From Phaeosaccion multiseriatum (lineage: Eukaryota; Protista; Ochrophyta, other classes), in assembly GCA_965112735.1 (NCBI GenBank), contig OZ218955.1:992001-1056000 (forward strand): a stretch of DNA of 64,000 nt. Reading direction: 5' to 3'. The number at the start of each line of letters is the position of its first letter. Position 1 is the first letter of the stretch. Shown here piece by piece: positions 48,555 through 59,530 of this stretch. Below the pieces are notes generated by a model. The model did not search any database. It was not told where the DNA came from and saw nothing but the letters and a program-made list of their open reading frames with translations. The translations under genes were made by a program, and so were the position numbers.

Positions 48555-49609
48555 GCAAAGAGAGGCGAGAGACGGGCTCTAACCCCATCTGCGACGAAGT
48601 GGTAGAGTGTCGACGTTCTCTGCCCACCCGGGGGGGGACTACTTCGGAGAGACACACCTCTCTCTCTCTCTCCATCTCCCTCTCCTACTCCCTCCCCCCC
48701 TCTTCACCTTTTTACGGACACTGGGTCTCCTTCTCCCTCCTTCCCTCCCTTCCTCTCTCCCTCTCCCCTCTCCCTCTCCCGTTTCTCTCTCTCCCTCTCT
48801 CTCTCTCTCCCTCTCCCTCTTTCTCTGTCTCTGTCTGTACCTTATATGCGGGCAGTGACGGTTCCCGGCCTGATAATCGTAGCAAACCTTGGCTTTGAAG
48901 CAGTACCAAGGCCCGCCTTGAGTCAGGGAAGGAGCACCACAGACCAGCACAGAAAGGCGGAACAAAGGGTGGAGAGATGAATGAGTGTGTGGATGTAGTT
49001 GGGGAAGACCCAACCAAACCAACGAACCCTGCCGTCTGGGGAGGTTGCGCAGTGGTAAGGGGTGGTAGACGGTGTCTGTTCCCTGTTTCCCCCTCTTTCT
49101 CCTGTATACACCAAGGACCCAGCCCCTCACTAGTGAGTGGGAGAGGTTGAAGAGGAAGATAAACACTCGCCAAGCTTCGAAGGCAGGCACTGTCCCTTCC
49201 TTTCCTTTAAAGACACTAGTACTGACTCACTTGGCTCTTCGCTTGTCTCCTCGTTGCAGTACACCCTTTCCAGCTCATACTCGCTCGACCCGCGGTAGCA
49301 AAGGTAGTCAACGTCCGACTCTACACCATACACTGAGCACAAGCCACGGGATGATGAGAGAACATGGCCGAGTTGCGAGCCGTTGAGAAATGGAAAACAA
49401 AGAGAGGGGAAGAGAAGTGCGTGTGTGTCTTCTCGCTCTTCCTTCTCCTTCCATCCAGTCAAGTCCCCCATCACGTCCTTCCTCTTCCTCTCACCTACAC
49501 CCCCGCGTGTGAGGAGCCCGATCACGGAGAGCACCATCAGGAGGGAAGAGGAAGAGCGCTGCCTCTTCTGCTGCCGTGGACGACGTCGCGGCGGCTGCTG
49601 CTGCTCCAT
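47924..49609 (-). CDS. Small Cys-rich secreted, probably GPI-anchored protein
   Basis: Phase-compatible exons ~49609-49495, 49321-49229, 48916-48841, 48188-47924 give: signal (LLMVLSVIGLLTRGGVES)-DVDYLCYRG...VYCNEE...WYCFKAKVC...HCPHIRGCSSMADC...TIYCE...PTNAG-spacer-hydrophobic tail VWATVVLSSSAIGVLLLPLWRG*. Confidence 0.65.
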
Positions 49610-49792
49610 GCCAGCATACACAAGCAAGATAACAACCAACAACAGGGAAAGGGGGGGGGGGGGGAGAGAAAAGGGGAAAGAGAAGAGAGCTTTGGATAAG
49701 GGAGGAGATGAAACAGCAAAAAATTACTCTTAGGCGATCCTTCGGCACCGCGATCCGCACGACCTTCACTCTTTCTCCCTCTCTCTGTAGCG

Positions 49793-50626
49793 ATGTCTGG
49801 CTTCCAAGCTCCAGCAGCACCTGTAGCACCAGAAGCACCGGTAGCACCAGCAGTTGAGGCAGGAGCCAAAGCCCTTGATGTGGCCAGGGCTGAATTAGGG
49901 CTTCTTCAGGCGAAGCGGGATGCCATCGAAGCCGAGGCAGATGCTCTATCGGACTCACTCAACGGGGCAAGGGAGGACGGGCTGCCCCCCATCGGAGTGA
50001 AGGGCGCCCTCGTTGATCGAGAAGGTTTCCCATTGGCGGGCTACGATATCTACCAGATCCGTCACCAGCGGCATAGGCTGGCATGCCTGCAGACGGACCA
50101 CAAGGCGGTGATGGAGGACTTGGAGGGGGCCTTGCACAAGGCGCACTCGCTCATGGCTCTGCAGAAGCCAAAGAAGGACGACATGAAGATGAAGGAGGAG
50201 AAAGTAGCAGCAGCAGCAGCAGCGGCAGCGGCAGCGGCCGCAGCGGCAGCGGCTATGGAGGTAGAAGACGATGCGAATCTTGCTCCTTCTGCGGAGGAGC
50301 TCGCTGCGGAGCCCTTTTGCAAGGTGAACACGGTAGCGCCTGCCTCTCCGGCAGCCACAGCGGGCCTTGAGCCGGGCGACCTCGTCGTACGCTTTGGAGG
50401 GGTCGATGCGACCAACCACAGACACCTGGGGGCCATCGTACAGCAAGTCAGCGATGGGGTGGGCAAAGTCGTTCGAGTAGTGGTCAGGAGAGGGGGTGAG
50501 GGTGAGGGTGAGGGTGAGGGTGCGTCGACTGCAGCAACAAGCGCCACCACCCTGCTGGTGCTTCGACTGACGCCGAAAGTGTGGAGTGGCAATGGGCTGC
50601 TCGGCTGCCACATCCTTCCCCTCTGA
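49793..50626 (+). CDS. PSMD9: 26S proteasome assembly chaperone p27 (Nas2/PSMD9)
   Basis: Intronless 277-aa ORF: LVDREGFP...DIYQIRHQRHRLACLQTDHKAVM, PDZ-like PFCKVNTVAPASPAATAGLEPGD, C-terminal LTPKVWSGNGLLGCHILPL. Confidence 0.96.
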   Translation: MSGFQAPAAPVAPEAPVAPAVEAGAKALDVARAELGLLQAKRDAIEAEADALSDSLNGAREDGLPPIGVKGALVDREGFPLAGYDIYQIRHQRHRLACLQTDHKAVMEDLEGALHKAHSLMALQKPKKDDMKMKEEKVAAAAAAAAAAAAAAAAMEVEDDANLAPSAEELAAEPFCKVNTVAPASPAATAGLEPGDLVVRFGGVDATNHRHLGAIVQQVSDGVGKVVRVVVRRGGEGEGEGEGASTAATSATTLLVLRLTPKVWSGNGLLGCHILPL

Positions 50627-52420
50627 GCAGCTTTTCCTTCGGCGTCCAGCTTCGCCCACCCCGGTGCGGTCACGGGGTTGTGGTTCTGGGTTTGTTTCGA
50701 CCACTAACCGGCATGTATATGTGAATAAGCAGTGCGTACGTACGTGCTTGCGCAGCGCAGCACGTGCATATAACTTTCCTGATGGGCAGGGTATGCGTGT
50801 ATGTGTACCCCACACATGCTTTGCACAAGAGAGTCGCGAAGATAAGGTCATCAGAGCATGATGCAGCTTCCGAAGAAGCCGCCACATCGCGATGGTAGTA
50901 CTATCGGTCGGTCGGTCGGTCGGTCGGTCGTGTGTGGGGCGGGGCGGAGGGATAGTAGGGCCGACGGTCTTGTTCTCTTTGGTTGAGCAGAGGCCCCTCT
51001 GGACACCTCGATCGCTGTTATGGACTGACTGGCGGCTCAGTGAGTGAGTGAGTGAGTGAGTGAGTGAGTGAATGTGCTTTCCTCGCCCATGGAGCTGGGT
51101 AAAGTGGCACGTATGAATGCAATCTGCTGCTACACAAAGACGACAAAGGGGAAACCGGTGCGACTGGCGCAGAGAAGAAGACAACAGACGAAACCTGTCG
51201 CGGAGGAGGAGCGGGGGGATACGTACGTACTTGTCCGATACGGTACGGAATCTATCGACCTGACAAGGTCCGCACTTTCTGGGGTTTTGTTGTTTTCTTC
51301 TGCAGAGTGGGGATTGAATTGGTTTGGGTTAAGAGGTGTCCGGCACGGTGGAACATGGAGCTCTGTGAAAGCATCTGACCCATGGGTTCTGGGTTCTCGA
51401 TTGGACCTGAAACTCTGAGAGGGGCATTGTCATAGGAGGTTGGAATTTTCGACGATATGTCCCTTGTTGAGGGTGTTTTGAGGGGGGGAGGGGGGGCTTG
51501 CGGTTCAGGCGTGCTATGGTGCTTACTTGCGACAGAAGGGCCGACCTCCGGAGGACAAGCTTTGGAAGGCTCAGCCTATGTGTATACCCTACCGGCCCAA
51601 CCGAGGACTTGCACCCCCGTTCACATCCGAATAACCCACTCACTCATTCACTCACTCACTCACTGTTAGAAGGCGTGCTTGTAGTCGTGCTGTTACCGAG
51701 GCACACGTGTAGTTTTCGCAGCAAATGTATCAGTGAAACTTAACCGTGTGTGTCTTAGTAGCGCGACCACAAGCACACCTTCTCCCCCGCTCTTCTTCTC
51801 TTACTCCAACACCCATCCCCGAAACCATCCACACACACACACCCGACTCGAAAGGCTCCTGAGTACTGGGATAATCTGCGAGGAGAACCATCTCAAGAAC
51901 AAAGTACAAGAAAAGGACACGTGGTGGCGGTCTTGTTATTTTTTGTTGGTGTTTGTACGCTTGCATTTTGTTTCAATCAATTATTAGCTGAGTTGAATTA
52001 AAAGAAGAAAGGGTACAAGGTAATAACACCCCCTCTCGTCCATCCCCTACAAACAATCCCCACACCTCGTCCCAGCCAAAAGCCCGCATCCGTAACGCTC
52101 CAAAGAAACCATCTATTATATATGATAGTACCTTTCTTGCTCCTTTCCCCCTCTAGCGAGCCTCTAATCAATCCTCGGTTCCCGTTCTCTCCCCTTACGC
52201 CTGCCTGTCACCCGCACGGCACCACCACCCCCACCCCTCTCTCTCTTCCCTCCCTCTTTACAAAGCAACCAACCAACCAATTCAGTTAGTCGGCCAGTCA
52301 GTCAATCAGTCAGTCAAAGATTAATCCCCTCCCTCGCGGCTAACGAGGGAAGTAACCAAGCCAGCAGAGCAGTTCAGAGCATCGCATGGGCCAAGGCTAA
52401 CGCACACCAAGTTAAGGACG

Positions 52421-53122
52421 TCAAGCCAGCGCCCCTCCCTCGTCCTCCTCGTCGTCGTCCTCAAGCAGTTTCGCCAGCTCCAGAATGGAACCCGTTGACT
52501 CGAGGAAGTTGACAAGCTCGTCGTTACCGGATTTCCTCACTTTCAGCCCCCCCCCGCCTCCTCCTCCGCCTGCATCATCAACTGCTGCACTGGCAGTATT
52601 GGGACTTGCCTGCGCCGTGGCAGGAGCGGACTCTGACGAAGAGGCTGGAGCATCAGGAGGAGCAGGAGCCATGGCTACTGCAGATGCCGACGGCGCCGGT
52701 GCACCACCTTCCTTAGAGCCACTCGCCCCCCCTGGAGCCTTCGGCCGCTTGTGACTCTTACTACTGGTGCTGGTGCTGGTGCTACTGGTGGTGCTGGTGG
52801 TGGTATTTGCAGTGGCGCTGGAGTTGGCCGAGGGAGGGGTCACGCCGTTCATGGTCACGTTGCTGCTGCCACCGGTATCGGCGCCGGCTGCTGCCCCCGC
52901 CCCCGCCTTCCCTCTCCGTCTTCGACTCTTTCCACCTCCCGCCCCACCCGTCTCCTGCCCACCGCCCGCGCCTGAACCTGCTACACTTAAATTTCCAAGG
53001 GCAGACTTGAGTTCTTGATCTTGCTGATGTTGCTGCTGCCGCTCCTGCTCCTCCTGCTGCTGCCTCCGTTGTTGCTGCTTCTGCTCCTCCTCCTTTTCCC
53101 TCTGCTGCTCCTCCTTCTGCCT

Positions 53123-53154
<32 letters not shown>

Positions 53155-56100
53155 TGTCCTTGCCACTATTCTTCCGCTTTCTCTGCTGCTCTGCTGGGGC
53201 TGCTACTGAAGCTCCTGAGCCCTTCGTAGGTGCTGCTGTAGGGGATTTGCTTGCCTCCTCCTTCTCAGTAGTCGTGCTGTTATCTCTGTCTTCCTCCTCT
53301 TCCGTCGAAGTGCCACCACCGCCACGCCCCCCCCCGCCGGGAGCCTCCTCTTCCACCTTTGAGGCCTGCGCCTGCAATGAAGCAAAAAGCCAAGCCAAGC
53401 CAATCCAAGGCGCACAAGAAGGGAAGGGAAGAGGTGGAGGGAGGGGAGACGGGAAGGGAAGGAAGAGCGCGGGTGTACTTCGATTAGAACATAGACACAT
53501 ACAAATAGAGAGAGACGGAAACGGGGCAGGGATGCAAAGAGACAGCAAGCAAAGAATGCCCATATGTCTCGTGTCTGTTTGTCTGGCTGGCTGTGCGGCC
53601 CCACACGCATGTGGACACGCACCCACACACCTTCACCCACCCACACTTACACACACGTCACGCACCTTCTTCTCCTTCTCCTTCTTTTTCTTCTTGGCCT
53701 TTTTGCTCTTCTTGTTGGCCGCCGTCGCCTTCTTGGCATTTGTTTCCTCGTCTGCGAGCTGATCCCATAGCTCCTCCTGATAGCTTAGATGGTAAACCGA
53801 GCAGTCACACGACCCACACACGTGACACTGGCACTCATCACACATGCTCACATCGATGGAATGCCTGCTGAAGCTTTGCTTACAAATGGCGCACGTTACA
53901 AAGTACATTTTCCAGATGCGGGAGGCCCGTTTGGCAATGGCGTTACTTTTATGGTCCTCCAACACTTCAATCTTTTGCGGGGAGAGCATGGAGGCGTACA
54001 GGTTGCTGCCGTCTCCGGAGGACCGTCTCGCTGCATCGTCGCCCACCTGTTGTTGTTGTCATTGCGTTGTGTTGGTGTGTTGTTCGTTCGTTGTGATAAG
54101 GAGGAGGAGGAGGGTGGTGAGACGCAGAGGGGGGGGCAATGAATGAAAAAAAAAGAAGCGGCAAATCAATCAATCAAGAGCGAGTAGAGTCCGGTTTCAA
54201 AACGGTAGGTACAGCCGCCCCAAGCTCACATTTCCCTTTGCCATCGACTTGCCTCCTTCCCTTCCTCTACCCTATTCCACTTAAACCTCCCTCTCCCTCC
54301 GTGTCACCAACTCACTCACTCACCTGCAGCACTCGCTCCAGCCCCTCTAGTGCCATCATGACCATACTGCTCTCGCCCAACAGCTCGCCAAGGATGGGCA
54401 CGCATCCTTCCCTAACCAAGCTAGCGATCTGTGAGTCGCTACCGCAGCTTGTGGCGTTGAGCACAACCCAATATGCCTCTGACCGCACCTGTGGTGACAA
54501 TGAAGGTTCAAGTGAATGATAAATAGGGTTGGAAGGTCAATATCTGAGGTGAGTGAATGGCATATATATACACTAAAGCCTGACGCCAATCACCCATGCA
54601 TCGCACACACACAAACACACTTACACAGCGACACACATCGACGAGACACACACGCAGACATACACCCTAAGTAACCTTACGTACCTCCGAGTCGGTGTCC
54701 GGGCTGGTGGCGAGCCGGATGAGGTGCGGCATGGCACCGCTATCTAGCACTGTTTGAATCTGCTCCACCGTACCTGCCGCGATGTTGCTCAGTGTCCAGC
54801 AGGCCTCCTACGGGGTTGGGGAAGGGAGAGAGAGTGAAGGGATGGGGGGAGAGGGAAGAAAGGAAGGGAGTGAGCTAGAGGGAGGGGAAGCGAGGGTTCA
54901 TAGTTCCAGCTCAGAGGGGGTTGAGAATTTGGCTCCGATGGGCGGGTGGTAGATGCGCCGCTGCTCTGTCTCTCTCTTTCGCGCTCTCCCTCCTCCACCT
55001 TGCTCATCCTTTTCTCTTCGCGCGCTCCCTTGTCTGTGTCTCCCTCTGTGTACTGCGGACAGGATGGAATGACACAGTGTGGAGTGCGTGCTTCCTGACA
55101 TAACACAGCCTCCCTCCAAAGAGAAAGAGATCCCAATCACCCACCACACCCCTCCTTACACCCCGTCCCTCCCCACTCTCCCTCCTCCCCTTCCCTTTCC
55201 TCCCCGTCCCTTCCCTCACCTTCTGGATCTCCCGATTGTTGTGCGCAATGAGCCGTTGCAGACACGGCACCGCCCCCGCATCAATAATGTAGCGCGTATA
55301 ATCCGCATCGTCCTCCGCACACACGATATTGCCAATGGTACGCAGTGCCGGCTTGGTCACCCTCCAGCTCCGATGCATCAGCAGTTCGACCAGCCTCCAG
55401 CACACATCCGCCTCTACTACAACCTTGATGTGGGCAGAAGGCCCATCGCAGAGGTGGCTCAGTGCCCAGCAGGTATGGCTCAGCACCTCCGAATCAGACG
55501 CCATGAGCAGTTGACTGAGCATGTTCATCGCGACATTAATGTCAAACTGCGGCCGAGGCTGCCCGTCAAAGAGGTTGGACAGCGTCCAGCTGCCGATGCG
55601 GAGGAGCGACAGGAGCCCTCCGTGGTTCTCTAAACAGGTCTGCATGGGTGGCAACACACCCGCCTGAAGCACCGTATCTCGCGCCGTGGTGCCCTCCCCG
55701 GCAAGGTTTCCGAGCACCCATAGTGCCTGCTCCAGCACCTCTTCGTGCGGAGAGCTCAGCAGCCTGACCAGGGTTGGGATGGCCCCATGCTTGATGAGCA
55801 CACTGGTGTGTTCTGTGGTGCCCGCCGCAATGTTGGTCAAGGCCCACAGCGCCTCCACCTGCACCGCTGCTCGGGCCTCCAGCTTGAGCCAGCCCAGCAA
55901 CAGGGGCACCCAATTACGCTCCAGCACCTCCTGAATCAGTCGCTCGCGATTTGTGCTCAGCAAATGCCGCAGCTTCCGAGCTGCCATGAGCTGTGCCTCC
56001 TCCAATGCCTCCCCGCCTCCCGCCGCCGCCGACCCACTTACCACACACAGGCCCTTCTCCACGTGGCGGAGCTCCTCCGCAAAGGCCTTGGCGGAGAGTG

Positions 56101-57073
56101 GGGCTGCAGCCACCGAGTTGGCAGGAGCCGGAAGGGCTGCAGCCCCGCCGTTGTTTCCGCTCCCGTGCCTCCGATTGCCTCCCCCTCCTCCACCTCCACC
56201 ACCGACCATGTCCCCGCCACCGCCGCCACCACCGCCGCCGCCGCTGCTGCTGCCGCCGCCTCCGCCCCCACCTCCTCCCCCTCCGTTACTGGGACCACCG
56301 CGACCGCCTCCACCACCGCCATTGTTGTACCCTCCCCCAGGGCCTCCGGCAGTCCCGCTTCCCTTGCCGCCCATTCTACTTGCAGCCATGTCCCGCTTCG
56401 CGCCCTTGCTGCCCTTCCACTCCTCCTCATCCAACAGCTCGCAGCATTGGCAACTCCCGCGGGAGCAGTCCCCGTCGCCCATTGTGGGGTCTAAGTCGTC
56501 CTGATGGTGGTGGTGGTGGTGGTGGTGATGGAGGTGATCTCCCTCGTCGCCAACGCCCCCAGAGCCGGGGGGCGGATATGGAGAAGACAATCTACTGCCC
56601 ACCACGTCCGAATAGCCCTGATAGGCGTCCCCCATGAGCGAGGCCGGGGGCGGTGGAGGAGGTGGCGGGGGAAGGCAGGACTGCTTTCCGCTGTCGTCGT
56701 TACCACTGCCGTTACTAAAGCTACCTCCCCGACGCCCTTTCCCCCCTCCTGAGCTCATCATGACGCTATGGTCGTTCCCAGCCCCACCACCAGGGCTACC
56801 ACTGCCGCTACCGCTCCTGCCTGCCGCGGCTCCACCAGACGACGGCGCAGCTCCTTTTCCATCCGCAGCACTTCGGCCTGCTGAGGTTAAATCCTTTCCT
56901 TCCGCACCTACCCCAGCACTTCCAGCAGCCTCTGTTGCTGTTGCTGCAGCTGCCGCAGCCGCAGCCACCGCCGCCGCCGCGGCCTCCGCCGATGCGGCTA
57001 CCGCCGTCTCCTCCGCCGCCTTTGGTCCTTTCTGGCTGTCCTTCCCCCTCCCCATTCCCAGCAGAGCTAACAT
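52421..57073 (-). CDS. Importin-alpha-like ARM-repeat protein with long N/C extensions and a Cys-rich module
   Basis: ARM motifs EALWALTNIAAG, EQALWVLGNLAGE, SWTLSNL, CWALSHL, PALRTIGNIV, EIQK|EACWTLSNIAAG, VRSEAYWVVLNA, ALEGLERVL. Then exon 54046-53664 with CAIC...CDECQCHVCGSCDC...H. Confidence 0.88.
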
Positions 57074-57482
57074 CTCCTTATAAAGTAGCGTAGCAGAGGC
57101 GTCCCCTTCCTGTCCCGGTCGCGATGAAGGCAGGCGCGCCTCAAGGCCGCCGCCGCCGCTGCTGCCGGGAGTGGGTGCTCTCCCCTACTGATTCCTACCG
57201 CCTTCGATGCTTCTGTTACACTATTCAGCACGCTCAGCGCACTGTACCCCGCAAACGCCGGAGAGGCGGCCAACAGATGACTACTTCTGCGAGCTCTTTA
57301 TTCCCTTCCCTCCCTCCGCACTTTCCCTACCGTTTGCTGGTCTTCCTCTAAAATCGGGCCACAGCCCTCTCGCGTCCCCCCCGGGGGAAGTCCTGCAGTA
57401 AGGCAGCAAATTATTTTGGCCTTCTTCCCCTTCTCCTTTCCTTCCTCCATCCCATAATACCATACCATCCATTAGGCAAAAC

Positions 57483-59495
57483 ATGGTCCCATCCTCCATG
57501 AGCAAGAAGAGAAAGCGAAGTGGAAAGCCGCAGACGCAGGCTGCTGGAGAGCTGTGGGTGGGAAGTGAAGCACTCGCGGTGCTGAAAGGCGGCTTGCGAT
57601 CGTGCAGGGGCAAGGAGTACAACAACACCTCTTCCACGAGCATCCCCTTTGTGCGTGCCCCCCTGCAAGTCATCTTCCAGAATGATACTAGTAGGTCGGT
57701 TGCTCGGAGTCATGAGGGGGCGGCATCCCACAACCCCACTTCTCTCTTCCTCTCCTCCCACAACCCCTCTTCGTCATGCTTGTCCACCGTCCATTCCCTC
57801 ATGCTTGTCCACCTTCCTGTCTGTCTGTATGTCTACCTACCTGCCTGTCGGCAGCTGCCACACGCTGTACTGGGTCGATACAAACGGAGCCCTCACACAG
57901 GAGCAGCGCATCGTAGGGACGGGCTACATTCAGGATGGGAGCGTCAAGAACTCCGCCGAGAGGGGCACCATGACTGGCCACTTGTTCGTTTGTCTGCGCG
58001 AGGGAGGCGCAGAAGGAAGGAAGCAGCAGCAGAAGGGACAGGAGGGAGGAGAGAGAGCTGCTGCTGGTGCTGGAGCTACTGCTGCTGTTGGCCCTGAGGG
58101 TGCGAAGAAGATACTGGCCAAGGATCTGACAGAAGAGGATGGAGTCTTGTACTGCTACCGAGCCTTGTATGTGGGGTCGACGGAGACTGGAGGGCTGCAC
58201 GTCGTCCGTGCGAGGAGGAGGCCAGCAGCGCCAACGGGAGGAGAAAGAGGGGAAGTGGGAGTGAAAGATGGAGGGCCTGCTACTCGGCGCCGGAAGGGTG
58301 CTCAAAGTAGAGAGCAAGAGCAGGAGGAAGGAGAGATTATGGTGTCATGGACAGCGGACAAGGAGGATGCGACGTCCGCTGAGCAGCGGCGAAGTCGAGA
58401 AGAGTGGGACCGCAGGATCTTCGCCCCTCGGGTGGTGGAGGGCTTTTTGGTGTGCGTTGATGAAGCGCTCTTGGTGCGCTCTCCCGGCGGCGGCGGCGGT
58501 GGTGATGCCGGTGATGGTGGTGGTGGTGGTGGTGGTGGTGGTGGTGGTGGTGGCAGCGCTGCTGCTGCTGGTGGCCCTCTCCCCGACGATAGTGGTGTGG
58601 AGGACTGTGGAGGAGGGAGGCGGAGGCTGCTCTCTAAATCGAGTCAAAGTGCCAGTGTCGCGCCATTTGCGCGAGGAGCAGGAGGAAAGGGCAGAGGAGG
58701 AGGAGAGGCCTTGCTCGCGCAGCTGGAGGAGGCCTTGGTCGTCGATCTCAAGGTACTTCGGATCGTACTGTTACGGGGGAGAAGGGGAGGCGAGCTTTCT
58801 CTCTCACACATGCACGCACGCACACACGCACGCACACATACATAATCTCTCGGACACGCGCACTTCCTCTCTCTCTTTCTCTCTCTCTCTCTCACACACA
58901 CACGCCCTCACTCACACGTCCTGCCCCTCCCCCACAGGCGATTCAGCGCAAGCTGTCCCCTCTGGCGTGTGACTTGCTTCGCCAGAGCACGGCCATTTGG
59001 CTGTGCGGGGTGTGTCGATCCGACCTCAAAGCGCCGCCGCAGTTCTACCCGAGGGGGTTCGGAGAGGAGTGGCTGCGCACCCAAAGGAGGAGAGGAGGAG
59101 ACCCCCGGGGGGCAGCAGAGACCAGGTCAGCAGAGGACGAGGGAAAGAGCGTCGCGGGGGAGGACGAGAAGAGGGCCGGAGAAGACGAATGCCAGGTATG
59201 TAGTGTGTGTGCGTGTGTGTGTGCGTGCGTATACGGTATCTGGGGTTAAACGGGCACGATGTGTACGGTACAGTAGGGTATGTGTGCACAGCAGAGGCTT
59301 TGGCTTGCCTTGCCTTGCGTTGCCACAAAGAGGTGCTTTGAAGAGAGAGGATGGCCACTGCTGCAGCTATGTGGTGAGCAGTAGTCATATGTCGAAGTCT
59401 TTCTTGTTTGCCCCTCTCTGTGCTTTGGTCCCAGCCCGCTGCCCTCCCTTCCGACCACCGACGCTCTGTCTATAGCTCATGTCTTTCTCCCTTCC

Positions 59496-59530
<35 letters not shown>

